Assembly (NCBI GenBank): GCA_032718475.1
Contig: JAUCBJ010003970.1
Span: 1-64,000 of the forward strand
Reading direction: 5' to 3'
Length of the DNA stretch: 64,000 bases
From: Nemertoderma westbladi
Lineage: Eukaryota; Animalia; Xenacoelomorpha
The stretch's first letter is position 1. Each line of letters starts with the position of its first letter. Positions 1 to 13,366 of the stretch are shown one piece after another. The notes beneath the pieces are model-generated. The model was not told the DNA's origin. It saw only the letters and a program-made list of their open reading frames with translations, and did no database searches. The position numbers were made by a program, and so were the translations under genes.

Positions 1-11
1 GTGACAAGTTG

Positions 12-64
12 AGTACTCTGCGTTGATACCACTGCTTTAAGCAGTGGTATCAACGCAGAGTACT
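12..64. other. Inverted dimer of SMART/PacBio ultra-low-input PCR adapter (artefact)
   Basis: 39-64 = AAGCAGTGGTATCAACGCAGAGTACT; 12-37 is its exact reverse complement; one T lies between them. Confidence 0.97.
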
Positions 65-1371
65 GTAATATAACAACCAATCATACAGCGTAAGATTAAT
101 TTATAACAACAAATCATACAGCGTAAGATTAATTTATTACAACCAATCATACAGCGTAAGATTAATTTATAACAACAAATCATACAGCGTAAGATTAATT
201 TATAACAACCAATCATACAGCGTAAGATTAATTTATTACAACCAATCATACAGCGTAAGATTAATTTATTACAACCAATCATACAGCGTAAGATTAATTT
301 ATAACAACAAATCATACAGCGTAAGATTAATTTATAACAACCAATCATACAGCGTAAGATTAATTTATAACAACCAATCATACAGCGTAAGATTAATTTA
401 TTACAACCAATCATACAGCGTAAGATTAATTTATTACAACCAATCATACAGCGTAAGATTAATTTATAACAACAAATCATACAGCGTAAGATTAATTTAT
501 AACAACAAATCATACAGCGTAAGATTAATTTATAACAACAAATCATACAGCGTAAGATTAATTTATTACAACCAATCATACAGCGTAAGATTAATTTATA
601 ACAACCAATCATACAGCGTAAGATTAATTTATTAAAACCAATCATACAGCGTAAGATTAATTTATAACAACCAATCATACAGCGTAAGATTAATTTATAA
701 CAACAAATCATACAGCGTAAGATTAATTTATAACAACAAATCATACAGCGTAAGATTAATTTATTACAACCAATCATACAGCGTAAGATTAATTTATAAC
801 AACCAATCATACAGCGTAAGATTAATTTATAACAACAAATCATACAGCGTAAGATTAATTTATTACAACCAATCATACAGCGTAAGATTAATTTATAACA
901 ACCAATCATACAGCGTAAGATTAATTTATAACAACCAATCATACAGCGTAAGATTAATTTATAACAACCAATCATACAGCGTAAGATTAATTTATTAAAA
1001 CCAATCATACAGCGTAAGATTAATTTATAACAACCAATCATACAGCGTAAGATTAATTTATTACAACCAATCATACAGCGTAAGATTAATTTATAACAAC
1101 CAATCATACAGCGTAAGATTAATTTATAACAACCAATCATACAGCGTAAGATTAATTTATTACAACCAATCATACAGCGTAAGATTAATTTATTACAACC
1201 AATCATACAGCGTAAGATTAATTTATAACAACCAATCATACAGCGTAAGATTAATTTATAACAACCAATCATACAGCGTAAGATTAATTTATTACAACCA
1301 ATCATACAGCGTAAGATTAATTTATTACAACCAATCATACAGCGTAAGATTAATTTATTAAAACCAATCAT
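65..1371. repeat. 33-bp minisatellite, ~39 copies
   Basis: Unit ATAACAACCAATCATACAGCGTAAGATTAATTT with few variants; explains the 444-aa ORF. Confidence 0.97.
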
Positions 1372-2470
1372 AGAGGGCCAAACGTAATAGTTCCAGTTAT
1401 TGAAATATAAATAACAATCATTTTCGTTAAGATAAGTAACTTCAATTAAATTATTTATCGAATTTAAATCTTGTGATGTAAAGTTTTAAATTCATTAAAA
1501 TATAAATTGTTTATAATTCACAGGTAGCAAACATACAGTATCTTATTTAATTCTCAAATTAACTATATAACAGGACCATTATACCGCCAGTTATTGGTGA
1601 GGTCAATAATTACCAACAAAAATTAAGATGCCATTTATTAATTTTTCGGTCGTAATACAAATATGTAGATTTTTATTGTAGATAGATTGATTTATATAAA
1701 ATAAAGATATTAAATATTTCTTTGGATTTGTGTTTCACAGAGTTCACTATACTTAGTTACTGTAAGCGGAATCTCAAATGCACAAACTAAATAGTTGCTG
1801 AGGCTTTAAACCTAACTAAAACTTTGAGATAATCGTAACCCTAAATCATAAGGAATTGTTGAACAATAGGATAATTGGTTTTTTTTGACGAAAAAGTGAC
1901 AAATAAGTCAACTAATGGAAACAAACAATAATTATTGTTTTTTTTAGCGACCAGTGAGATTTTCTGTTTTGTTTTTCGGGTTCAATATGACTTTGTACCT
2001 CAAAAAGTATTCTAGAATACCATTTAAATATAATCAGTAATTTTGCTAATAAAATATAATAATTTTCAGCATCAAAATTCCCCCTCAAAAACCACTTTCA
2101 ATACCCACAGCAGCCAGGATAAAATGTTTACTGTAATATATAACAGCCGTAGTTATAAGATGAATGCTACATGCGAAAAAGGAGATTAATATTAAAAACA
2201 AGACTGGCCGATAGGCTTAAATCGATTACGGGACACCGAAAAGACATTATCCTTAATGTATGGTTGTTCGTTTAGCAATAAATTAAAAGGAATCACATCA
2301 TACAACCACAATGGACTACCAAACGTATTTTAAAGAGGAAGTTATGGTTATTATTAGTAAAAAGAATATTAAACTGTATAGTTAAGTGGAATAGCTCCAA
2401 TAATGATAGAACACTGCAAATACGTTGGTAATAATGGTAACATATAAAACGTAGAGCCAATGAAATGACA

Positions 2471-2545
2471 TTACAGTAGCGAACACTGCCGTCGATGTTT
2501 CGAGTGCTGAACTTTTTTTGTTTTGTCCGAAGATCGTCGCTCTTT
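2471..2545 (-). CDS. Ras: Ras GTPase terminal exon (hypervariable region + CaaX)
   Basis: Acceptor ttgcag at 2546-2547, then KERRSSDKTKKVQHSKHRRQCSLL*; phase 0 matches the upstream exon ending RKD|gttagt. Confidence 0.9.
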   Translation of the reverse strand, partial: KERRSSDKTKKVQHSKHRRQCSLL

Positions 2546-2791
2546 CTGCAATGAATATAAAACGGGCGTCACACAACAATAATTTAGGTTCCAAAAATGT
2601 GGGGCGGTAACAAAAATAATGTGAAGCGTGAATGTAATAAATATACTGAAAGAAATAAAATTAAGGGGAATTTAAAATGTTAAGTTGGAAGTTAAAATAA
2701 AATGTAGAGGGACATCATAACGCGAGGGAAATCAATTAAAGTATAATTTACGAGACCATAGAGGAGGTTTATATTCTAGAATGCAACTAAC

Positions 2792-2955
2792 GTCTTTCCG
2801 TATTTCTCTCACTAATGTATAGAAGGCATCGTCAACCCCCATCCTAGTCTTGGCACTGGTTTCGATAAAGGACGCGTTATAACTTCGAGCCAATGCCTGA
2901 GCCGATTTATGCTCAACTGTTCTCTGATTGGCCAAATCAACTTTGTTACCGACCA
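2792..2955 (-). CDS. Ras: Ras GTPase internal exon (G4/G5 motifs)
   Basis: VGNKVDL...[26 protein letters not shown] matches H/K/N-Ras and Ras85D residues ~113-168; acceptor ctgcag at 2956-2957, donor gttagt from 2791. Confidence 0.95.
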
Positions 2956-3060
2956 CTGCAGACAGAATATATTTGGAATGGTACAAGTCTAAAGGTTTAA
3001 CACATACATCGCAGTAACTGACTCGCTACAAAACCCGGAAAATTATCGTAGGTGCTTTAG

Positions 3061-6000
3061 TTTGGGTACACTGTGTTGTGATACAATATTTTGTACACTG
3101 TTTGGTACACTGTGTTGTGATACACTGTTTGGTACACTGTGTTGTGATACAATGTTTGGTACACTGTGTTGTGATGCAATGTTTGGTACACTGTGTTGTG
3201 ATGCAATGTTTGGTACACTGTTTGGTACACCGTGTTGTGATACACTGTTTGGTACACTGTGTTGTGATACAATGTTTGGTACACTGTGTTGTGATGCAAT
3301 GTTTGGTACAATGTTTGGTACACTATTTGGTAAACTGTGTTGTGATACAATGTTGGTACACTGTTTGGTACACTGTGTTGTGATACAATATTTTGTACAC
3401 TGTTTGGTACACTGTGTTGTGATACACTGTTTGGTACACTGTGTTGTGATACAATGTTTGGTACACTGTGTTGTGATGCAATGTTTGGTACACTGTGTTG
3501 TGATGCAATGTTTGGTACACTGTTTGGTACACTGTGTTGTGATACACTGTTTGGTACACTGCTTGGTACACTGTGTTGTGATACAATGTTTGGTACACTG
3601 TGTTGTGATGCAATGTTTGGTACACTGTGTTGCGATGCAATGTTTGGTACACTGTGTTGTGATATAATGTTGGTACACTGTTTGGTACACTGTGTTGTGA
3701 TACACTGTTTGGTACACTGTTGTGATACAATGTTTGGTACACTGTGTTTTGATGCAATGTTTGGTACACTGTGTTGTGATGCAATGTTTGGTACACTGTG
3801 TTGTGATACAATGTTTGGTACACTGTGTTGTGATACAATGTTTGGTACACTGTGTTGTGATACAATGTTTGGTACACTGTGTTGTGATACAATGTTTGGT
3901 ACACTGTGTTGTGATGCAACGTTTGGTACACTGTGTTGTGATACAATGTCTGGTACACTGTGTTGTGATACAATGTTTGGTACACTGTTTGGTACACTGT
4001 GTTATGATGCAATGTTTAGTACACTGTGTTGTGATACAATGTTTGGTACACTGTTTGGTACACTGTGTTATGATGCAATGTTTGGTACACTGTGTTGTGA
4101 TACAATGTTTGGTACACTGTTTGGTACACTTTTTGGTACACTGTTTGGTACACTGCGATGTGATACAATGTTTGGTACACTGTTTGGTACACTGTGTTGT
4201 GATGCAATGTTTGGTACACTGTGTTGTGATGCAATGTTTGGTACACTGTGTTGTGATACAATGTTTGGTACACTGTGTTGTGATGCAATGTTTGGTACAC
4301 TGTATTGTGATACAATGTTTGGTACACTGTGTCGTAATACAATGTTTGGTACACTGTGTCGTGATACAATGTTTGGTAGACTGTGCGTCGTGATCAATGT
4401 TTGGCACACTGTGTCGTGATACAATGTCTGGTACACTGTGTCGTGATACAATGTTTGGTACACTGGGTCGTGATACAATGTTTGGTACACTGTGTTGTAA
4501 TACAATGTTTGGTACACTGTGTCGTGATACAATGTTTGATACAATGTTTGGTACACTGTTTGGTACACTGTGTTGTAATACAATGTTTGGTACACGGTGT
4601 CGTGATACAATGTTTGGTACACTGTGTCGTGATACAATGTCTGGTACACTGTGTCGTGATACAATGTTTGGTACACTGTGTCGTGATACAATGTTTGATA
4701 CAATGTTTGGTACACTGTTTGGTACACTGTGTTGTAATACAATGTTTGGTACACTGTGTCGTGATACAATGTTTGGTACATTATGTCGTGATACAATGTT
4801 TGGTACACTGTGTCGTGATACAATGTTTGGTACACTGTGCGTCGTGATCAATGTTTGGCCCACTGTGTCGTGATAGAATGTCTGGTACACTGTGTCGTGA
4901 TACAATGTTTGGTACACTGTGTCGTGATACAATGTTTGATACAATGTTTGGTACACTGTGTTGTAATACAATGTTTGGTACACTGTGTCGTGATACAATG
5001 TTTGATACAATGTTTGGTACACTGTTTGGTACACTGTGTTGTACTACAATGTTTGGTACACTGTGTCGTGATACAATGTTTGGTACACTGTGTCGTGATA
5101 CAATGTGTGGTACACTGTGTCGTGATACAATGTTTGGTACACTGTGTTGTGATACAATGTTTGGTACACTGTGTTGTGATGCAACGTTTGGTACACTGTG
5201 TTGTGATACAATGTCTGGTACACTGTGTTGTGATACAATGTTTGGTACACTGTTTGGTACACTGTGTTATGATGCAATGTTTAGTACACTGTGTTGTGAT
5301 ACAATGTTTGGTACACTGTTTGGTACACTGTGTTATGATGCAATGTTTGGTACACTGTGTTGTGATACAATGTTTGGTACACTGTTTGGTACACTTTTTG
5401 GTACACTGTTTGGTACACTGCGATGTGATACAATGTTTGGTACACTGTTTGGTACACTGTGTTGTGATGCAATGTTTGGTACACTGTGTTTTGATGCAAT
5501 GTTTGGTACACTGTGTTGTGATACAATGTTTGGTACACTGTGTTGTGATGCAATGTTTGGTACACTGTGTTGTGATACAATGTTTGGTACACTGTGTCGT
5601 AATACAATGTTTGGTACACTGTGTCGTGATACAATGTTTGGTAGACTGTGTGTCGTGATCAATGTTTGGCACACTGTGTCGTGATACAATGTCTGGTACA
5701 CTGTGTCGTGATACAATGTTTGGTACACTGGGTCGTGATACAATGTTTGATACAATGTTTGGTACACTGTGTTGTAATACAATGTTTGGTACACTGTGTC
5801 GTGATACAATGTTTGATACAATGTTTGGTACACTGTTTGGTACACTGTGTTGTAATACAATGTTTGGTACACGGTGTCGTGATACAATGTTTGGTACACT
5901 GTGTCGTGATACAATGTCTGGTACACTGTGTCGTGATACAATGTTTGGTACACTGTGTCGTGATACAATGTTTGATACAATGTTTGGTACACTGTTTGGT

Positions 6001-9000
6001 ACACTGTGTTGTAATACAATGTTTGGTACACTGTGTCGTGATACAATGTTTGGTACATTATGTCGTGATACAATGTTTGGTACACTGTGTCGTGATACAA
6101 TGTTTGGTACACTGTGCGTCGTGATCAATGTTTGGCCCACTGTGTCGTGATACAATGTTTGGTACACTGTGTCGTGATACAATGTTTGATACAATGTTTG
6201 GTACACTGTGTTGTAATACAATGTTTGGTACACTGTGTCGTGATACAATGTTTGGTACACTGTTTGGTACACTGTGTTGTAATACAATGTTTGGTACACT
6301 GTGTCGTGATACAATGTTTGGTACACTGTGTCGTGATACAATGTGTGGTACACTGTGTCGTGATACAATGTTTGGTACACTGCGCGTCGTGATCAATGTT
6401 TGGCACACTGTGTCGTGATACAATGTGTAGTACACTGTGTCGTGATACAATGTTTGGTACACTGTGTCGTGATACCATGTTTGGTACACTGTGTCGTGAT
6501 ACAATGTTTGGTACACTGTACGTCGTGATCAATTTTTGGCACACTGTGTCGTGATACAATGTCTGGTACACTGTGTCGTGATACAATGTTTGGTACACTG
6601 TGTCGTGATACAATGTTTGATACAATGTCTGGTACACTGTTTGGTACACTGTGTTGTAATACAATGTTTGGTACACTGTGTCGTGATACAATGTTTGGTA
6701 CACTGTGTCGTGATACAATGTTTGGTACACTGTGTCGTGATACAATGTTTGGTACACTGTGTCGTGATACAAAGTTTGGTACACTGTGTCGTGATACAAT
6801 ATTTGGTACACTGTTTGGTACACTGTGTCGTGATACAATGTTTGGTACACTGTGTCGTGATACAATGTTTGGTACACTTTTTGGTACACTGTGTCGTGAT
6901 ACAATGTTTGGTACACTGTGTCGTGATACAATGTTTGGTACACTGTTTGGTACACTGTGCCGTGATACAATGTTTGGTACACTGTGTCGTGATACAATGT
7001 TTGGTACACTTTGTGGTACACTGTGTCGTGATACAATGTTTGGTACACTGTGTCGTGATACAATGTTTGGTACACTGTGTCGTGATACAATGTTTGGTAC
7101 ACTGGGTCGTGATACAATGTTTGATACAATGTTTGGTACACTGTGTTGTAATACAATGTTTGGTACACTGTGTCGTGATACAATGTTTGATACAATGTTT
7201 GGTACACTGTTTGGTACACTGTGTTGTAATACAATGTTTGGTACACGGTGTCGTGATACAATGTTTGGTACACTGTGTCGTGATACAATGTCTGGTACAC
7301 TGTGTCGTGATACAATGTTTGGTACACTGTGTCGTGATACAATGTTTGATACAATGTTTGGTACACTGTTTGGTACACTGTGTTGTAATACAATGTTTGG
7401 TACACTGTGTCGTGATACAATGTTTGGTACATTATGTCGTGATACAATGTTTGGTACACTGTGTCGTGATACAATGTTTGGTACACTGTGCGTCGTGATC
7501 AATGTTTGGCACACTGTGTCGTGATAGAATGTCTGGTACACTGTGTCGTGATACAATGTTTGGTACACTGTGTCGTGATACAATGTTTGATACAATGTTT
7601 GGTACACTGTGTTGTAATACAATGTTTGGTACACTGTGTCGTGATACAATGTTTGATACAATGTTTGGTACACTGTTTGGTACACTGTGTTGTAATACAA
7701 TGTTTGGTACACTGTGTCGTGATACAATGTTTGGTACACTGTGTCGTGATACAATGTTTGGTACACTGTGTCGTGATACAATGTTTGGTACACTGCGCGT
7801 CGTGATCAATGTTTGGCACACTGTGTCGTGATACAATGTCTAGTACACTGTGTCGTGATACAATGTTTGGTACACTGTGTCGTGATACCATGTTTGGTAC
7901 ACTGTGTCGTGATACAATGTTTGGTACACTGTACGTCGTGATCAATTTTTGGCACACTGTGTCGTGATACAATGTCTGGTACACTGTGTCGTGATACAAT
8001 GTTTGGTACACTGTGTCGTGATACAATGTTTGATACAATGTCTGGTATACTGTTTGGTACACTGTGTTGTAATACAATGTTTGGTACACTGTGTCGTGAT
8101 ACAATGTTTGGTACACTGTGTCGTGATACAATGTTTGGTACACTGTGTCGTGATACAATGTTTGGTACACTGTGTCGTGATACAAAGTTTGGTACACTGT
8201 GTCGTGATACAATATTTGGTACACTGTGTCGTGATACAATGTTTGGTACACTGTGTCGTGATACAATGTTTGGTACACTTTTTGGTACACTGTGTCGTGA
8301 TACAATGTTTGGTACACTGTGTCGTGATACAATGTTTGGTACACTGTTTGGTACACTGTGCCGTGATACAATGTTTGGTACACTGTGTCGTGATACAATG
8401 TTTGGCACACTTTGTGGTACACTGTGTCGTGATACAATGTTTGGTACACTGTGTCGTGATACAATGTTTGGTACACTGTGTCGTGATACAATGTTTGGTA
8501 CACTGTGTCGTGATACAATGTTTGGTACACTGTGTTGTAATACAATGTTTGGTACACTGTGTCGTGATACAATGTTTGATACAATGTTTGGTACACTGTT
8601 TGGTACACTGTGTTGTACTACAATGTTTGGTACACTGTGTCGTGATACAATGTTTGGTACACTGTGTCGTGATACAATGTGTGGTACACTGTGTCGTGAT
8701 ACAATGTTTGGTACACTGTGTTGTGATACAATGTTTGGTACACTGTGTTGTGATGCAACGTTTGGTACACTGTGTTGTGATACAATGTCTGGTACACTGT
8801 GTTGTGATACAATGTTTGGTACACTGTTTGGTACACTGTGTTATGATGCAATGTTTAGTACACTGTGTTGTGATACAATGTTTGGTACACTGTTGGTACA
8901 CTGTGTTATGATGCAATGTTTGGTACACTGTGTTGTGATACAATGTTTGGTACACTGTGGTCGTGATCAATGTTTGGCACACTGTGTCGTGATACAATGT

Positions 9001-9324
9001 CTGGTACACTGTGTCGTGATACAATGTTTGGTACACTGGGTCGTGATACAATGTTTGATACAATGTTTGGTACACTGTGTTGTGATACAATGTTTGGTAC
9101 ACTGTGTCGTGATACAATGTTTGATACAATGTTTGGTACACTGTTTGGTACACTGTGTTGTGATACAATGTTTGGTACACTGGTGTCGTGATACAATGTT
9201 TGGTACACTGTGTCGTGATACAATGTCTGGTACACTGTGTCGTGATACAATGTTTGGTACACTGTGTCGTGATACAATGTTTGATACAATGTTTGGTACA
9301 CTGTTTGGTACACTGTGTTGTAAT
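3061..9324. repeat. 27-bp satellite with 12-bp sub-units and kb-scale higher-order duplications
   Basis: Unit TTTGGTACACTGTGT(T/C)GTGATACAATG; accounts for all ORFs between 3043 and 9363. Confidence 0.97.
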
Positions 9325-9816
9325 ATCCAAATAATAATTAAAGATCAAGAAAAAGCAAATTGATGCGAACTGAATAGCGAAATATATTGATAATTACTTG
9401 TTATTAATTACATATTGCATATTTAAACCAAGAATAAAATCATATAACGCATTATAGACGCAAAATTATTTGAAACCCTTAAATATTAATAAAAAATACA
9501 GACAAAATCCATAAATCCGGCATGTCGCCCGAACTATTTGAGGGAATATCAATTGTGGAATATCTATGGTAAATGTGTGGAACGATTCAGAAGTGGCCCT
9601 TTTCCAAAAGTCTCTGTAAGGATCAAAAGCCACAGGACTAATTGTCGGAAGTAACTAATTAGCCTTAGTATAAAACAAAAGATAACTGTTCGTTCGCTGA
9701 CGATGTGTATTAGAGTTCTGCTATCCGGAGTCAACCTGATGGTACTACATACTATAATGAATTAATAATATTTAATATTATTAATGAATGGGAGAATCTT
9801 TTAGGCTCGCTAAGCC

Positions 9817-12800
9817 AAGGAATGCCTGTACACCACCATGGGTAATCTTCCACAGTAAACCCTTCCACTCTGTTTCCTAAAGGAATGCCTGTTCACCACC
9901 ATGAGTGATCTTCCACAGTAAACCCTTCCACTCTGTTTCCTAAAGGAATGCCTGTTCACCACCATGGGTGATCTCCCACAGTAAACCCTTTCACTCTGCT
10001 TCCTAAGTAATGCCTGTTCACCACCATGGGTGATCTTCCACAGTAAACCCGTCCACTCTGTTTCCTAAAGGAATGTTTGTTCACCACCATGGGTGATCTT
10101 CCACAGAAAACCCTACCACTCTGTTCCCTAAAGGAATGCTTGTTCACCACCATGAGTGATCTTCCACAGTAAACCCTTCCACTCTGTTTCCTAAAGGAAT
10201 GCCTATTCACCACCATGGGTGATCTTCCACAGTAAACCCTTCCACTCTGTTTCCTAAAGGAATGCCTGTTCACCACCATGGGTGATCTCCCACAGTAAAC
10301 CCTTCCACTCTGTTTCCTAAAGGAATGCCTGTTCACCACAATGTGTGATCTTCCACAGTAAACCCTTCCACTCTGTTTCCTAAAGAAATGCCTGTTCACA
10401 ACCATGGGTGATCTTCCACAGTAAACCCTTCCACTCTGTTTCCTAAAGGAATGCCTGTTCACCACCACGGGTGATCTTCCACAGTAAACCCTTCCGCTCT
10501 GTTTCCTAAAGGAATGCTTGTTCACCACCATGGGTGATCTTCCACAACAGTAAACCCTTCCACTCTGTTTCCTAAAGGAATCCCTGTTCATTAACATGGG
10601 TGATCTTCCACAGTAAAACCTTCCACTCTGTTTCCTAAAGGACTGCCGGTTCATCGCCGTGGGTGATCTTCCACAACAGTAAACCCTTCCACTCTGTTTC
10701 CTAAAGGAATGCCTGTTCACCACCATGGGTGATCTTCCACAGTAAACCCTTCCACTCTGTTTCCTAAAGGAATGCTTGTTCACCACCATGGGTGATCTTC
10801 CACAGTAAACCCTTCCACTCTGTTTCCTAAAGGAATGCTTGTTCACCACCATGGGTGATCTTCCACAGTAAAACCTTCCACTCTGTTTCCTAAAGGACTG
10901 CCTGTTCACCACCATGGGTGATCTTCCACAGTAAACCCTTCCACTCTGTTTCCTAAAGGAATGCTTGTTCACCACCATGGGTGATCTTCCACAGTAAACC
11001 CTTCCACTCTGTTTCCTAAAGGAATGCTTGTTCACCACCATGGGTGATCTTCCACAGTAAAACCTTCCACTCTGTTTCCTAAAGGACTGCCGGTTCACCG
11101 CCGTGGGTGATCTTCCACAGTAAACCCTTCCACTCTGTTTCCCAAAGAACTGCCGGTTCACCGCCATGGGTGATCTTCCACAGTAAACCCTTCCACTCTG
11201 TTTCCTAAAGGAATGCTTGTTCACCACCATGGGTGATCTTCCACAGTAAACCCTTCCACTCTGTTTCCTAAAGGAATGCTTGTTCACCACCATGGGTGAT
11301 CTTCCACAGTAAAACCTTCCACTCTGTTTCCTAAAGGACTGCTTGTTCACCACCATGGGTGATCTTCCACAGTAAACCCTTCCACTCTGTTTCCTAAAGG
11401 AATGCTTGTTCACCACCATGGGTGATCTTCCACAGTAAACCCTTCCACTCTGTTTCCTAAAGGAATGCTTGTTCACCACCATGGGTGATCTTCCACAGTA
11501 AAACCTTCCACTCTGTTTCCTAAAGGACTGCCGGTTCACCGCCGTGGGTGATCTTCCACAGTAAACCCTTCCACTCTGTTTCCCAAAGAACTGCCGGTTC
11601 ACCGCCATGGGTGATCTTCCACAGTAAAACCTTCCACTCTGTTTCCTAAAGGACTGCCGGTTCACCGCCGTGGGTGATCTTCCACAGTAAACCCTTCCAC
11701 TCTGTTTCCTAAAGGAATGCTTGTTCACCACCATGGGTGATCTTCCACAGTAAACCCTTCCACTCTGTTTCCTAAAGGAATGCTTGTTCACCACCATGGG
11801 TGATCTTCCACAGTAAAACCTTCCACTCTGTTTCCTAAAGGACTGCCTGTTCACCACCATGGGTGATCTTCCACAGTAAACCCTTCCACTCTGTTTCCTA
11901 AAGGAATGCTTGTTCACCACCATGGGTGATCTTCCACAGTAAACCCTTCCACTCTGTTTCCTAAAGGAATGCTTGTTCACCACCATGGGTGATCTTCCAC
12001 AGTAAAACCTTCCACTCTGTTTCCTAAAGGACTGCCGGTTCACCGCCGTGGGTGATCTTCCACAGTAAACCCTTCCACTCTGTTTCCCAAAGAACTGCCG
12101 GTTCACCGCCATGGGTGATCTTCCACAGTAAAACCTTCCACTCTGTTTCCTAAAGGACTGCCGGTTCACCGCCGTGGGTGATCTTCCACAGTAAACCCTT
12201 CCACTCTGTTTCCTAAAGGAATGCTTGTTCACCACCATGGGTGATCTTCCACAGTAAAACCTTCCACTCTGTTTCCTAAAGGACTGCCGGTTCACCGCCG
12301 TGGGTGATCTTCCACAGTAAACCCTTCCACTCTGTTTCCCAAAGAACTGCCGGTTCACCGCCATGGGTGATCTTCCACAGTAAATCCTTCCACTCTGTTT
12401 CCTAAAGGAATGCCTGTTCACCACCATGGGTGATCTTCCACAGTAAAACCTTCCACTCTGTTTCCTAAATGAATGCCTGTTCACCACCACGGGTGATCTT
12501 CCACAGTAAAACCTTCCACTCTGTTTCCTAAAGGAATGCATGTTCACCACCATGGGTGATCTTCCACAGTAAAACCTTCCACTCTGTTTCCTAAAGGAAT
12601 GCATGTTCACCACCATGGGTGATCTTCCACAGTAAACCCTTCCACTCCGTTTCATAAAGGAATGTCTGTTCACCACCATGAGTGATCTTCCACAGTAAAC
12701 CCTTCCACTCTGTTTCCTAAAGGAATGTCTGTTCACCACCATGAGTGATCTTCCACAGTAAACCCTTCCACTCCGTTTCATAAAGGAATGTCTGTTCACC

Positions 12801-13366
12801 ACCATGAGTGATCTTCCACAGTAAACCCTTCCACTCTGTTTCCTAAAGGAATGACTGTTCACCACCATGAGTGATCTTCCACAGTAAACCCTTCCACTCT
12901 GTTTCCTAAAGGAATGACTGTTCACCACCATGAGTGATCTTCCACAGTAAACCCTTCCACTCTGTTTCCTAAAGGAATGACTGTTCACCACCATGGGTGA
13001 TCTTCCACAGTAAAACCTTCCACTCTGTTTCCTAAAGGAATGTCTGTTCACCACCATGAGTGATCTTCCACAGTAAACCCTTCCACTCTGTTTCCTAAAG
13101 GAATGCCTGTTCACCACCATGAGTGATCTTCCACAGTAAACCCTTCCACTCTGTTTCCTAAAGGAATGACTGTTCACCACCATGAGTGATCTTCCACAGT
13201 AAACCCTTTCACTCTGCTTCCTAAGTAATGCCTGTTCACCACCACGGGTGATCTTCCACAGTAAACCCTTTCACTCTGCTTCCTAAGTAATGCCTGTTCA
13301 CCACCATGGGTGATCTTCCACAGTAAAACCTTCCACTCTGTTTCCTAAAGGAATGCCGGTTCACCA
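9817..13366. repeat. 63-bp minisatellite, ~56 copies
   Basis: Unit AAGGAATGCCTGTTCACCACCATGGGTGATCTTCCACAGTAAACCCTTCCACTCTGTTTCCTA. Confidence 0.97.

Noticed and set aside
37-9363. Long Cys/Thr/Val-rich ORFs in several frames
   Set aside because: They are read-throughs of 33-bp and 27/12-bp tandem units; the 27-bp array is open on both strands and several frames at once, and one ORF ends in adapter sequence.
9956-13183. 1075-aa repetitive basic ORF
   Set aside because: The 63-bp unit is stop-free by chance. Two internal indels are 3 bp, but terminal units carry 1-bp deletions, variants are largely non-synonymous, and there is no unique N- or C-terminus. The PMVV resemblance to Ras is treated as coincidence.
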